Positions 8,603 to 17,946 of a DNA stretch of 64,000 nt are shown here, piece by piece. Below the pieces are notes generated by a model that was given only the letters and a program-made list of their open reading frames with translations, was not told where the DNA came from and searched no databases. Each line of letters starts with the position of its first letter. Position 1 is the first letter of the stretch. Position numbers and translations under genes: made by a program. The stretch is from an uncultured Prevotella sp. (GTDB taxonomy: Bacteria > Bacteroidota > Bacteroidia > Bacteroidales > Bacteroidaceae): positions 7,242 through 71,241 of the forward strand of contig ONKL01000003.1 of the NCBI GenBank assembly GCA_900318395.1. The letters run 5' to 3'.

Positions 8603-10168
8603 ATGAAACTAATCAGAATTGGAAATTCGCAATCTTGCGACCTAAAATTAGACAGTGAGTATGTAAGTTCCTTGCACGCAGAAATGACTATTTTAGACGA
8701 CGGTCAGATTATACTGGAGGACAAGAACAGTAGGAATGGCACTACAGTTGGTAATAAAAAACTGGAACCTGGGAAAGAGGTTACCGTACAACGTGGTGAC
8801 ATGATCACTTTTGCTGACACTCCGCTGGTATGGGCACGAATCCCAGCTGCAGAAAAACTAGCTAACTACAAAGCCGTTTTTAATATCGGTTCAAATTATC
8901 GTAACGATATTATAATAAACAGCCAGACTGTCAGCCGTTATCATGCATCAGTACGAGTAGGCAAGGATGGAAAGATGTACATCCGTGATAATGGAAGTCG
9001 AAATGGTACAATGGTTAATGGTGTAAAAATAGCTCCCAACAAGGACGAACGTATCAAGAAAGGAGATAATATTGTTTGTGGTGCAGAAGATGTCACTGAT
9101 CAAATATTACCCCTGTTCCCCAAAAATGGCATGAAAAAGATCCTTACAACCGCAATTGGTTTGTTGGCAGCGGCATTAGTTATCTTTGGAATTTATATGC
9201 TATGGCCAAAAGGTGGTAAAAAAACCATTGACCCAACAATTTATCGCCCTGCGGTAGTTTACGTAAGGACTATTTTCCACCCCATCGTTACATTTGACGA
9301 CAACCCGATGTCGGACTCATGGGATGGTGAGGTTCAGTTTAACGATATGCAATTGCAGTCACAAGCGACAGCATTCTTCCTTGACTCTCTTGGACGTATG
9401 GGAACAAACCGTCATGTAGCAATGCCATGGGAGGAATTAACAAAAGATCAGGAGGACCAAATACGTGATTTCATCGAAGACAATCTTCCTAAAGGAAGAA
9501 GCATTGAATCTATAAACGCATTTCTTCAGAATTCAATTTTCGCATCAACCGTCTTGAAGCATGCAATGGCAAGATCTGGTAATAATCAAGATCGTTTTGT
9601 AAATAATGTCCTAAACATTACATCAAGAATTTCGAAGTCAAAGTATACTATCTCTGGTAAAATTGATCATATCACAGTGGGATATCCAGGTAATTACTAT
9701 ACTCATACTGATGAATTCCAGCGTTGCAACGTATTATCTGTATCAAAAGATAAGGATATCGATCTCGCAATTCTCCAGCTCAATAACAAAACTACTCCAA
9801 AGGATATCAAGAATTTGTTTAGCCCAGAAGATTTCTCTACAGAACAATTAGAACCTCTTAAAGATCAGCTTTACACGATAGGCTATCCTGCAGGTCTGAT
9901 TTGGGCTCAAGACAGTAAAACCAAGTCACTCGAGCCAAACATTCGCGAAACAAAATGCAGCAAGCAACCTGGCAGATTTGATTTTGAAATCCAAGCAAGC
10001 TCTGTAGGAGGTAGCAGTGGTTCACCTATTTTCAACGACAAAGGACAAGTAGTAGGAATTCTCTATGGAGGTTATTCTGTTGTCGGCGGTTCAACAAAGG
10101 CTGTACATTCAAAATACCTAAAACAGTTGTACAATGAATATGTAAATGATGTAGTACAATTACAATAA
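8603..10168 (+). CDS. FHA-FHA-TM-trypsin-like serine protease
   Basis: Two FHA domains (VSSLHA/SRNGT and VSRYHA/SRNGT), TM helix, catalytic triad TNRHVA, DLAIL, GGSSGSP. Confidence 0.92.
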   Translation: MKLIRIGNSQSCDLKLDSEYVSSLHAEMTILDDGQIILEDKNSRNGTTVGNKKLEPGKEVTVQRGDMITFADTPLVWARIPAAEKLANYKAVFNIGSNYRNDIIINSQTVSRYHASVRVGKDGKMYIRDNGSRNGTMVNGVKIAPNKDERIKKGDNIVCGAEDVTDQILPLFPKNGMKKILTTAIGLLAAALVIFGIYMLWPKGGKKTIDPTIYRPAVVYVRTIFHPIVTFDDNPMSDSWDGEVQFNDMQLQSQATAFFLDSLGRMGTNRHVAMPWEELTKDQEDQIRDFIEDNLPKGRSIESINAFLQNSIFASTVLKHAMARSGNNQDRFVNNVLNITSRISKSKYTISGKIDHITVGYPGNYYTHTDEFQRCNVLSVSKDKDIDLAILQLNNKTTPKDIKNLFSPEDFSTEQLEPLKDQLYTIGYPAGLIWAQDSKTKSLEPNIRETKCSKQPGRFDFEIQASSVGGSSGSPIFNDKGQVVGILYGGYSVVGGSTKAVHSKYLKQLYNEYVNDVVQLQ

Positions 10169-10170
10169 AC

Positions 10171-11673
10171 ATGTCCAAGAAATTATTATATTTAGTCATA
10201 GTATCTAGGCTGTGCTTACCCCTCATTGGGTATGCACAGACTGCATGTTGGTTGCTAAAACCAATATATCAAAGCATTACTCCTTTTGGTGAATCATACT
10301 ATAAGGTGAACACTTATAGTACTATGGCCATATTTGACACTAATGGCAATAAAATTGTTGAAGCAGATTCCATTACCTATATCACTAATGGATATGCCCT
10401 TGCCCTTACCAATACGAATGGAAAATTCCGACTAAAAGCCATTATTGACAAGTCAGGAAATGTAAAAGATATTTCTGAAGAATACTATGTTGACGACTAT
10501 CATTTCTTCTCAGAAGATATGCTAGGTGTAAGTAATGACAAAGGGAAAAGTGGATACATTAATCCTGATGGAAAACTTGAGATACCTTTTATTTACGTAT
10601 CTGTTCACCCCTTCCGCGAAGGACTTGCATCCGTTTTTAAACCCAAGAAAGGACTCAAAGGGTTAATAAGATCAGTAACTAATAAAAAAGCTCTAGTAGG
10701 CTCTGCAACTTATGTTAATCATAAAGGAGCAGAATTAAATATCCGTGACGGCAAAAACAATCCTACTTTTACAGCCTCTTTCAAAAATGGCAAAGGCTTA
10801 GTACAGATGGAAGACGGCTCTTCTTTTTATGTTGATCCTAAGGGGAATCGTTTAGAAGACGGACCAAATAATAAAGAACTTGGGGTAGATGAATATTTTG
10901 CTTATTCCGAAGAGAACAAAAAACAAGAAGTGAATCTTCCATTTATTCCCTCATATAATGCCGCGTATTCTATATATACAGAAGGCCCTGTAAAGGGATA
11001 TATGGCAAATGGAGTAATGATGATACCAAGTCAATTTCAGGAAGCTTATGGATTTGCTTCTGGTTTTGCTATCGTGAAGAAAGATGGCAAGTATGGAATT
11101 ATCAAACAACTTGGTGGAACAAATTCTGTTAAAGTCAGTGAAAAAGGAGGTAAAATTAGTGTACAAAGTGTTATTCCTGCCGACTGGGGTAATTGTCCTG
11201 CTAAATTTTTATATATCACCAATGGAACAGATCGTCTAAGTTTTGCTATGACTGGTCAGGAAAGTCAGAGAGCCGTAGAAGGAGTTGTCCCTGTTACAAA
11301 TGGAGAAAAGATATATGAATTAGACGTTGACGGATTGATTGTTTGGCGGCAGACAAATGCAAACGCGCAAGCTACAGATGAAACAAAATCATCTGGAGGT
11401 ATTTCGGTCAGTGCCCCTGGTAAAGTCACTGCTAATTCAAAAGGTGAATGTGTTGTTAACGTACGAGTAACAAACCGAAGCGGATCAGCACAGTCCATTT
11501 CGATTAGCTTGAGTACAGGAGGAAACAAATCTGTTAAATTGGCGCCAGGGAAAACTGCTGTAGTTTCAATAACCACAAAGATTGTAAAAGAAACCAGATG
11601 TGTAATCTCTGCAAAAAGTGCAGCTGGTAACGCTTCTGGTGTTACAAATCTTATACCATCATTTGTATTGTAA
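10171..11673 (+). CDS. secreted WG-repeat protein with C-terminal Ig-like domain
   Basis: Signal peptide; GYINPDGK..IPF.Y, FREGLASV, FSEDMLGV, KKDGKYGII repeats. Confidence 0.8.
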   Translation: MSKKLLYLVIVSRLCLPLIGYAQTACWLLKPIYQSITPFGESYYKVNTYSTMAIFDTNGNKIVEADSITYITNGYALALTNTNGKFRLKAIIDKSGNVKDISEEYYVDDYHFFSEDMLGVSNDKGKSGYINPDGKLEIPFIYVSVHPFREGLASVFKPKKGLKGLIRSVTNKKALVGSATYVNHKGAELNIRDGKNNPTFTASFKNGKGLVQMEDGSSFYVDPKGNRLEDGPNNKELGVDEYFAYSEENKKQEVNLPFIPSYNAAYSIYTEGPVKGYMANGVMMIPSQFQEAYGFASGFAIVKKDGKYGIIKQLGGTNSVKVSEKGGKISVQSVIPADWGNCPAKFLYITNGTDRLSFAMTGQESQRAVEGVVPVTNGEKIYELDVDGLIVWRQTNANAQATDETKSSGGISVSAPGKVTANSKGECVVNVRVTNRSGSAQSISISLSTGGNKSVKLAPGKTAVVSITTKIVKETRCVISAKSAAGNASGVTNLIPSFVL

Positions 11674-11684
11674 ATAATCAAAAT

Positions 11685-12704
11685 ATGTTCTATATGAAAC
11701 AGCTATTTTTATTCACCTTATTTTTAGTAGTAACAGGAGAGATTTCTTTTGCTACCAACACTCAAGACAAACTCTATACATTAGACAATAAAATGTATAC
11801 AGGATATATATCAACACAAATACCAGGTGAGCAAATTATTTTTATATGCGACGGACAGGCTATTCCCTTCTCTATTTCTGATTTGCTGATGATTAGGTAT
11901 GAGGCTAATAACCCAGAACTGCTTACAGGACTAAATGACGTCATAAAGACCCGTTCTGGAAATATCTATCAAGGGCAGATTGTCGAACAAGTATTCGGAA
12001 AGACCATTAAAATACATACTTCTGATGGTTTGAGAAATATCGATGTCTCAGATATTTTGGAACAGCAAAAGGTAAAAATGTCAAAAGATTATTCTTTTAT
12101 AGAACAGGCACCATATAAGACTATTGTTAAAACAAAAACGGATGAAGAATATACGGGTGTCATTATTTTCCAATATTATGGCAGGGATGAAGACCCTAGC
12201 TATTTGGAAATCAGTTCAGAAGACGGTATAAGTAAACGAGTATATATCAGAGATATCGAGCAGATGCGTCGCATTCCAAATGAGGCGTATCGTGAAGTCG
12301 AGGCTTTTAGTGTTAAGGATGGTAAGGTTTATTTTAATCAAGTAGAAATAGAGCCGACATCTCTTGCAATGCGCCAGAAAGGCGGACGTTTCATATTCTA
12401 CCTTGAAAATAAAGATATTGCTAATCATACAGTTATAGACAAAGGAACAGGTCAACTTTCAATTCAAATGAAAGAAGATTCTGATTATTCAAAATATAAG
12501 TTGATAAAAATAGAACTTATGAAAATTGGCAAGAATGAGTATTATGCATTCGATAATGATATGGTTTACAAAAATGTTATTGAACCTTATACTAAAACCA
12601 TAGATAATAAAAATGTCATATGTAAGGTTTATAATGTTAAAAATGGAATGTACCTTTTTTATAGACAAGGATCAAATTCTGCCTTTTTTATGGAAATTAA
12701 GTAA
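11685..12704 (+). CDS. secreted hypothetical protein with three short beta-rich repeats
   Basis: Signal peptide; repeats DKLYTLDNKMYTGYI, DVIKTRSGNIYQGQI, TIVKTKTDEEYTGVI. Confidence 0.75.
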   Translation: MFYMKQLFLFTLFLVVTGEISFATNTQDKLYTLDNKMYTGYISTQIPGEQIIFICDGQAIPFSISDLLMIRYEANNPELLTGLNDVIKTRSGNIYQGQIVEQVFGKTIKIHTSDGLRNIDVSDILEQQKVKMSKDYSFIEQAPYKTIVKTKTDEEYTGVIIFQYYGRDEDPSYLEISSEDGISKRVYIRDIEQMRRIPNEAYREVEAFSVKDGKVYFNQVEIEPTSLAMRQKGGRFIFYLENKDIANHTVIDKGTGQLSIQMKEDSDYSKYKLIKIELMKIGKNEYYAFDNDMVYKNVIEPYTKTIDNKNVICKVYNVKNGMYLFYRQGSNSAFFMEIK

Positions 12705-12712
12705 CAAGAAAT

Positions 12713-14479
12713 ATGACAAGGAAAATTCTATTAGTGATATTGCTTTTACCTGTTTTAGGTTTGATGGCTCAGATACCATTCTGGACTATACATCCTGAAT
12801 ATACAAGTATAAAAATAATTGGCAACGGTTTATATGTCGTTTCCCAAAACGGTAAGTATGGAATATTAAACGCTGAAGAACAAATCGTTGTACCTTTGAA
12901 GTACGACAATATATCCGCTTTCAGTTCACATACAGCATTACTATATGAGGGGAACAAGTTCGTAGCCTTTGTCAATGACAGGGGTGAAGTAACTGACGTG
13001 GCAAACAAAGAGTATGTTCCACAAGCGGGATGTCTTTTTGCTGATGGATATCTTCCTGTAAAAAACTCTGACGGCTGTTTTTTCATAAATGCAAAGACAG
13101 GGAAAGCTATAGGGCCGTATTCGGAAGAAAGACCTTTTGTCGAAGGGTACGCAGTAGTAAAAGAGCCAAAGTCATTGAAGCATATATTTGACGGAGCCAC
13201 ACTCTTAAAATGTTTGTCAGCTGAAACAGGAAAACCTATTACAATATCATTCAATAAGTCTGAAGATGATGATCTTGACTTTATTTCAACTGCAAGTAAC
13301 GGAAAATCCATAGTAGTCATTAAGAAAAGAGTTTTTGAGTATGATTATAGAAATGGTGTAATAACTCCATTATCAACAGATGGAACGGAGAATAAAAAGT
13401 CACGTGTATTTGTTACTCAGAGGCCTGTAGTTCCAGTGAAAACAGAGATGGGATATGCGATACATCTTAAACAAGGAAGTTTGGCATTTGATTCTCTAAT
13501 GAGACTTACGGGAATCCAATATAATGGTCAGGAGTTCAAATCATTCGAACCACCAAAGGAGATAATCAAAGAAATTAAAAGCCCATTCAAGTGTCTTTCA
13601 TTCAAAGATACAGATTTGTTAGGACTTTCATATAAAGATAATGATTTCCTGCCTGCTCAATTTGAAGAAATAAAATTGCTTTGGGGAAATGACGCATTAG
13701 TAAAGTCTGATGGAAAATATGGTGTGGTTTCTGTCGACACAAAGAATTCCTACAGATACATGCTTAATGATAATCTTGATATAGGCTTTGAACATAAGGC
13801 GGTAAAAACTAATGTAAAGGTTTTATGTCCTCCGTATATGAAATTACCTCTGATGAGCCTGACAAGCTTTGATGATAATTGTCTAATAAATACAGATACA
13901 CGCAAGGAAACCTCCAATGTTGAATCTGTCGTATTAAGCTATGAATGTACTCTCTCTATTCCAGAGAAAATAGGTCTTGAACGAACACCATGTTTTGCAA
14001 CAATAGGATTAAATTACGATGGTTTAAAATTTGTTCCACGAGAGATCTCATTCAACACCTGGTACATCAATAATTATACTGTAGAATTATCTAAACACCA
14101 AATGGCAAATCAAATACTTGATGTGGATGTATTAGTAAAGAACAGTACAACAAGTGGTCAAGCATTCTTTAAAGATGTTTCAATAGAAGCAGAAGACTCT
14201 GTTTCTTGTTCTATAACTAAAATAACGGAAGAGTTATATAATGCCCGTCTTTCAGGATGGAAGTCCGATAAAGTAAATTTCAATATTGATGTCACAGAGG
14301 ATGGCTGTCCAACAATTACTTATGGATTCAGTTTGGATATTAAATCACATAATGACAAGAAGAACCAACAAGAATCTGTTTCAGTAGAGAAACCAGTATC
14401 TCAAGCAAAAGTAAAACGAGCACCCAAAAAGAATCAAGCAGTTCCGAAAAAAGAAGAAAAGAAAAAATTCGTCTTATAA
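12713..14479 (+). CDS. secreted WG-repeat protein
   Basis: Signal peptide; QNGKYGILN...VVPLKYD, FVEGYAVV, DGKYGVV. Confidence 0.8.
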   Translation: MTRKILLVILLLPVLGLMAQIPFWTIHPEYTSIKIIGNGLYVVSQNGKYGILNAEEQIVVPLKYDNISAFSSHTALLYEGNKFVAFVNDRGEVTDVANKEYVPQAGCLFADGYLPVKNSDGCFFINAKTGKAIGPYSEERPFVEGYAVVKEPKSLKHIFDGATLLKCLSAETGKPITISFNKSEDDDLDFISTASNGKSIVVIKKRVFEYDYRNGVITPLSTDGTENKKSRVFVTQRPVVPVKTEMGYAIHLKQGSLAFDSLMRLTGIQYNGQEFKSFEPPKEIIKEIKSPFKCLSFKDTDLLGLSYKDNDFLPAQFEEIKLLWGNDALVKSDGKYGVVSVDTKNSYRYMLNDNLDIGFEHKAVKTNVKVLCPPYMKLPLMSLTSFDDNCLINTDTRKETSNVESVVLSYECTLSIPEKIGLERTPCFATIGLNYDGLKFVPREISFNTWYINNYTVELSKHQMANQILDVDVLVKNSTTSGQAFFKDVSIEAEDSVSCSITKITEELYNARLSGWKSDKVNFNIDVTEDGCPTITYGFSLDIKSHNDKKNQQESVSVEKPVSQAKVKRAPKKNQAVPKKEEKKKFVL

Positions 14480-14564
14480 GATTACCACGACATCTTTTTA
14501 GCTGGCGCACCCAAAGACTCACTTCGTCAAATATGGGTTTGTCAGTATAGATTGCCTTTTCATT

Positions 14565-14622
14565 GAGCATAATTATGCTCCTGATATTCAGTTTTTCGGC
14601 TGTCGATGACATTTTTATGCAA
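14565..14622. promoter_or_regulatory. candidate ArgR (ARG) boxes
   Basis: Perfect palindrome GAGCATAATTATGCTC (14565-14580) and degenerate ACATTTTTATGCA (~14609-14621) upstream of the argD promoter. Confidence 0.55.
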
Positions 14623-14661
14623 AAAGACGGGCGAAAGTGCTGAGTTTTCGGATATTTGCAG

Positions 14662-14669
14662 TAACTTTG
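14662..14669 (+). promoter_or_regulatory. -7 promoter element for the argD operon
   Basis: TAACTTTG followed by GCAGCC. Confidence 0.7.
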
Positions 14670-14696
14670 CAGCCAAAATATAATAAGGAGAAAATT

Positions 14697-15836
14697 ATGA
14701 AACTATTCGACGTATATCCGCTCTTCGACGTGAATATCGTGAAGGGCAAGGGCTGTAAGGTGTGGGACGACAAGGGTCAGGAGTATCTTGACCTCTATGG
14801 CGGACATGCCGTGATCAGCATCGGACACTCGCATCCGCACTATATCGAAAAGGTGACGGAGCAGTTGCAGAAGATTGGATTCTACTCCAACTCAGTGATC
14901 AACAAACTGCAGGTGGAGCTGGCAGAGCGTCTAGGCAAGATCTGCGGCTACGACGACTACCAGTTGTTCCTCATCAACAGCGGTGCCGAGGCCAATGAGA
15001 ATGCGCTGAAGCTGGCCTCGTTTAAGACGGGCAATACACGTGTGCTCAGCTGCGAGAAGGCTTTCCACGGACGCACGAGCCTGGCTGTGGAGGTAACGCA
15101 CAATCCGAAGATTGTTGCCCCCATCAACGACAATCATCACGTACGCTTCCTGCCACTGAACGATCTCGAACCCTGGGTTCGCGAGTTGTCCAAGGGTGGT
15201 GTGGCTGCCGTTATCCTCGAGTGTATCCAGGGTGTGGGTGGCATCCAGATGGCCACGCCTGAGTTTGCTCAGGGTCTGGCCTACGCCTGCAAGCGTTATG
15301 GTGCTGTGTTGATCTGCGACGAGATCCAGTGTGGCTACGGACGAAGTGGTAAGTTCTTCGCTCACCAGTGGTTGGGCATCAAGCCTGACATCATCACAGT
15401 GGCCAAGGGCATCGCCAACGGATTCCCTATGGGCGGCGTACTGATCTCACCTGAGTTTGAGCCTGTCTACGGACAGCTGGGAACCACCTTCGGAGGCAAC
15501 CATCTGGCCTGTGCTGCTGCGCTGGCTGTGCTCGACGTGTTCGAAGAGGAGAATCTGGTGGAGAATGCGCGCGTCATTGGCGACTACCTGATGGAAGGCA
15601 TCAGGAACATCGGCAGCTCACATATTAAAGAGGTGCGTGGTCGTGGACTGATGATCGGCATCGAACTGGATATGCCTCACAAGATGGTACGTAAGCCACT
15701 TATCAAGCATGAGCACTGCTTTACGGGCTGTGCAGGGCAGGACATCCTGCGACTGTTGCCACCTCTGTGCCTGACAAAAGCGGAGGCCGATGACTTCATT
15801 GAGAGACTGATCAGAGTACAACCGGAAGAGGAGTAA
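14697..15836 (+). CDS. argD: acetyl/succinylornithine aminotransferase
   Basis: Class III aminotransferase motifs NSGAEANE, FHGRT, DEIQCGYGRSG, VAKG, TTFGGN; start placed after the promoter. Confidence 0.93.
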   Translation: MKLFDVYPLFDVNIVKGKGCKVWDDKGQEYLDLYGGHAVISIGHSHPHYIEKVTEQLQKIGFYSNSVINKLQVELAERLGKICGYDDYQLFLINSGAEANENALKLASFKTGNTRVLSCEKAFHGRTSLAVEVTHNPKIVAPINDNHHVRFLPLNDLEPWVRELSKGGVAAVILECIQGVGGIQMATPEFAQGLAYACKRYGAVLICDEIQCGYGRSGKFFAHQWLGIKPDIITVAKGIANGFPMGGVLISPEFEPVYGQLGTTFGGNHLACAAALAVLDVFEEENLVENARVIGDYLMEGIRNIGSSHIKEVRGRGLMIGIELDMPHKMVRKPLIKHEHCFTGCAGQDILRLLPPLCLTKAEADDFIERLIRVQPEEE

Positions 15837-15887
15837 GGAGTGAGGAGTGAGAAGTGAGAAGTGAGGAGTGTGGAGTGAAAAGTGATA
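15832..15887 (+). repeat. heptamer simple repeat (GTGAGGA/GTGAGAA)n, about 7 units
   Basis: Fills the argD-proC gap. Confidence 0.85.
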
Positions 15888-15891
15888 AATT

Positions 15892-16671
15892 ATGAAGATA
15901 TCGATTATAGGAGCAGGAGCCATGGGAGGCTCCACAGTCGAAGGACTGATTAAAGGCCATACATTTAAGAATGAGGACATCACGGTGAGCGATCCTTCGC
16001 AGGCTGTGGTGGAGAAATTTGACAAGTTGGGCGTCTGTGTGACGACTGACAACAAACTGGCAGCAGACAGTGCTGACATCGTCTGCGTCGTAGTGAAACC
16101 CTGGCTCGTAGAGCGCGTGCTGAAAGACATCAAGCCAGAGCTCAATCCCCAGAAGCAGATCCTGATTGTGATTGCAGCAGGGGTATCGTCAGCAAGCATT
16201 CAGGAATGGCTGGGCGAGAACTGTCCCCCGCTGTTCTTGGCAATACCCAACATCGCCATTGCCGAGATGGCATCGATGACGTTTATCGTACCCGTCAATG
16301 CCTCGGAGAAGGAGACGCAGACGGTGGTTGGCATCTTTGATGAGATGGGCGACACCCTGATTACAGACGAGCAGCACCTGGCAGCAGGTACCACGCTCGC
16401 CTCGTGTGGTATCGCCTACGCCATGCGCTATATCCGTGCAGCTGCAGAGGGCGGCGTGGAGCTGGGCTTCAAGGCTGATGATGCCAAGAAGATCGTGATG
16501 CAGACCATGAAAGGAGCTGTAGAACTGCTCGAAGCCAGCGGTCTGCACCCAGAGGCTGCCATCGACCTGGTAACAACGCCTGGAGGCGTGACCATCAAGG
16601 GTCTCAACGAGATGGAGCATGCTGGTTTCACCTCGGCCGTCATCCGTGGACTGAAAGCAGGACTGAAATGA
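15892..16671 (+). CDS. proC: pyrroline-5-carboxylate reductase
   Basis: IIGAGAMG, VKP, VTTPGGVTIKG. Confidence 0.95.
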   Translation: MKISIIGAGAMGGSTVEGLIKGHTFKNEDITVSDPSQAVVEKFDKLGVCVTTDNKLAADSADIVCVVVKPWLVERVLKDIKPELNPQKQILIVIAAGVSSASIQEWLGENCPPLFLAIPNIAIAEMASMTFIVPVNASEKETQTVVGIFDEMGDTLITDEQHLAAGTTLASCGIAYAMRYIRAAAEGGVELGFKADDAKKIVMQTMKGAVELLEASGLHPEAAIDLVTTPGGVTIKGLNEMEHAGFTSAVIRGLKAGLK

Positions 16672-17339
16672 GACACATGAGACAAATAATCAATTTTTTG
16701 ACAGAAGAACAAAAGGGACATAAAGGATTCGCTCTTTTTGTTCTTATGTACTTATGTCTAAATACTCTGACTGCATCAGCAGAGGAGACGCCCAATTCCC
16801 GTCAGGCTAAGCGTGTGTTTAATACTGCCTGGAATCACTTCTTCGGCCCTGAAGGCGTCACGTTCCATTATAAGATCGACATCCTGCACCTCTATAAGGA
16901 AGAAGGAACGTCGTGGAACAAAGGCGACAAAGCCAGGTCGGAGTACAAGAATTCAAAGATGTGGAACGACGGCACGACCAAATACATCGTCAGGGAAAAG
17001 AAAGGCTACGTGGAGGTACACGATCCAAAGGTGAACAAGGCTGACGAGAAGCTGCAGATGTTTAAGTTTGACGCCGACAGTTACGAATACCACATCGCTC
17101 AAGACCAAGAGGGACTGAAGGTGACGCTGCTGGCTAAGCCCAAGACGAAGGTGAAGATGAAGAAGATCATCGCCCTGCTCGAGCCTGGCACCTACTATCC
17201 CAAGCGGCTGCGCATCAAGGTGAGCATCTTCTGGTGTACCATCACGTTCTCTAATTTCAAGGCTGGCGGTCTGAGCGACGATGTGTTCGCCTTCCCCAAG
17301 GAGAAATACAAGAGCTATCCGCTTAAGGACCTGAGATAA
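16668..17339 (+). CDS. secreted LolA-like hypothetical protein
   Basis: Signal-like segment ending TASA; WNDGTT and F.FPK..Y......DLR C-terminus resemble Bacteroidetes LolA-like proteins. Confidence 0.6.
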   Translation: MRHMRQIINFLTEEQKGHKGFALFVLMYLCLNTLTASAEETPNSRQAKRVFNTAWNHFFGPEGVTFHYKIDILHLYKEEGTSWNKGDKARSEYKNSKMWNDGTTKYIVREKKGYVEVHDPKVNKADEKLQMFKFDADSYEYHIAQDQEGLKVTLLAKPKTKVKMKKIIALLEPGTYYPKRLRIKVSIFWCTITFSNFKAGGLSDDVFAFPKEKYKSYPLKDLR

Positions 17340-17372
17340 AGTGAAAAGTGAAGAGTGAGAAATGAAAAGTTA
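17340..17372 (+). repeat. heptamer simple repeat (GTGAAAA)n
   Basis: gtgaaaa gtgaaga gtgagaa atgaaaa gt. Confidence 0.75.
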
Positions 17373-17379
17373 ATATAAT

Positions 17380-17937
17380 ATGGACGAACAACTGAAGCAA
17401 ATAGGCGAGCGTCTGCGCGGATTGCGCGACGTGCTCGACATTCCAGTGAGCGAGATGGCAGAAACCATCGGCATCTCATCGGAGAAGTATGAAAAGATTG
17501 AGGCTGGCGAAATGGACATCACCATCTCGAACCTGATGAAGATTGCCAGCAAATACGGTGTATCAACAGAAGAGCTGATCTTTGCTGAAGCCCCCCACAT
17601 GAGATCTTACTATGTGACGCGTAAGGGGCAAGGCATGAGTATTGAGCGCACCAAGGCTTACAAGTACCAGTCGCTGGTAGGCGGATTCGTCAACCACAAG
17701 GCCAATGTGTTTATTGTGACCGTAGAGCCCAAGCCTGATGCTCATACGATCTACAAGAACACCCATCCTGGACAAGAGTTCAATCTTGTGCTTGAGGGTA
17801 AGATGGAGCTCTTCATTGGAGGCAAGACCATCATCCTCGAAGAGGGCGACTCCATCTATTTCGATTCCACCAAGCCCCACGGCATGTTGGCTGTTGGCGA
17901 CAAACCCGTGAAATTCTTAGCATTTACAGTAGAATAA
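17380..17937 (+). CDS. XRE-family HTH plus cupin transcriptional regulator
   Basis: N-terminal IGERLRGLR HTH; cupin H.GQEF...EGDSIYFDS..PH. Confidence 0.92.
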   Translation: MDEQLKQIGERLRGLRDVLDIPVSEMAETIGISSEKYEKIEAGEMDITISNLMKIASKYGVSTEELIFAEAPHMRSYYVTRKGQGMSIERTKAYKYQSLVGGFVNHKANVFIVTVEPKPDAHTIYKNTHPGQEFNLVLEGKMELFIGGKTIILEEGDSIYFDSTKPHGMLAVGDKPVKFLAFTVE

Positions 17938-17946
17938 GACTTAACT

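Larger units (their letters stand above)
1799..14479 (+). other. AT-rich accessory gene cluster (probable horizontally acquired islet)
   Basis: Visibly AT-rich with A/T-ending codons, unlike the C/G-ending codons from argD onward; no integrase in the window. Confidence 0.6.

Noticed and set aside
3163-10168. Type VI secretion regulatory module
   Set aside because: No Tss, Hcp, VgrG or ClpV genes in the window; the analogy is mechanistic only.
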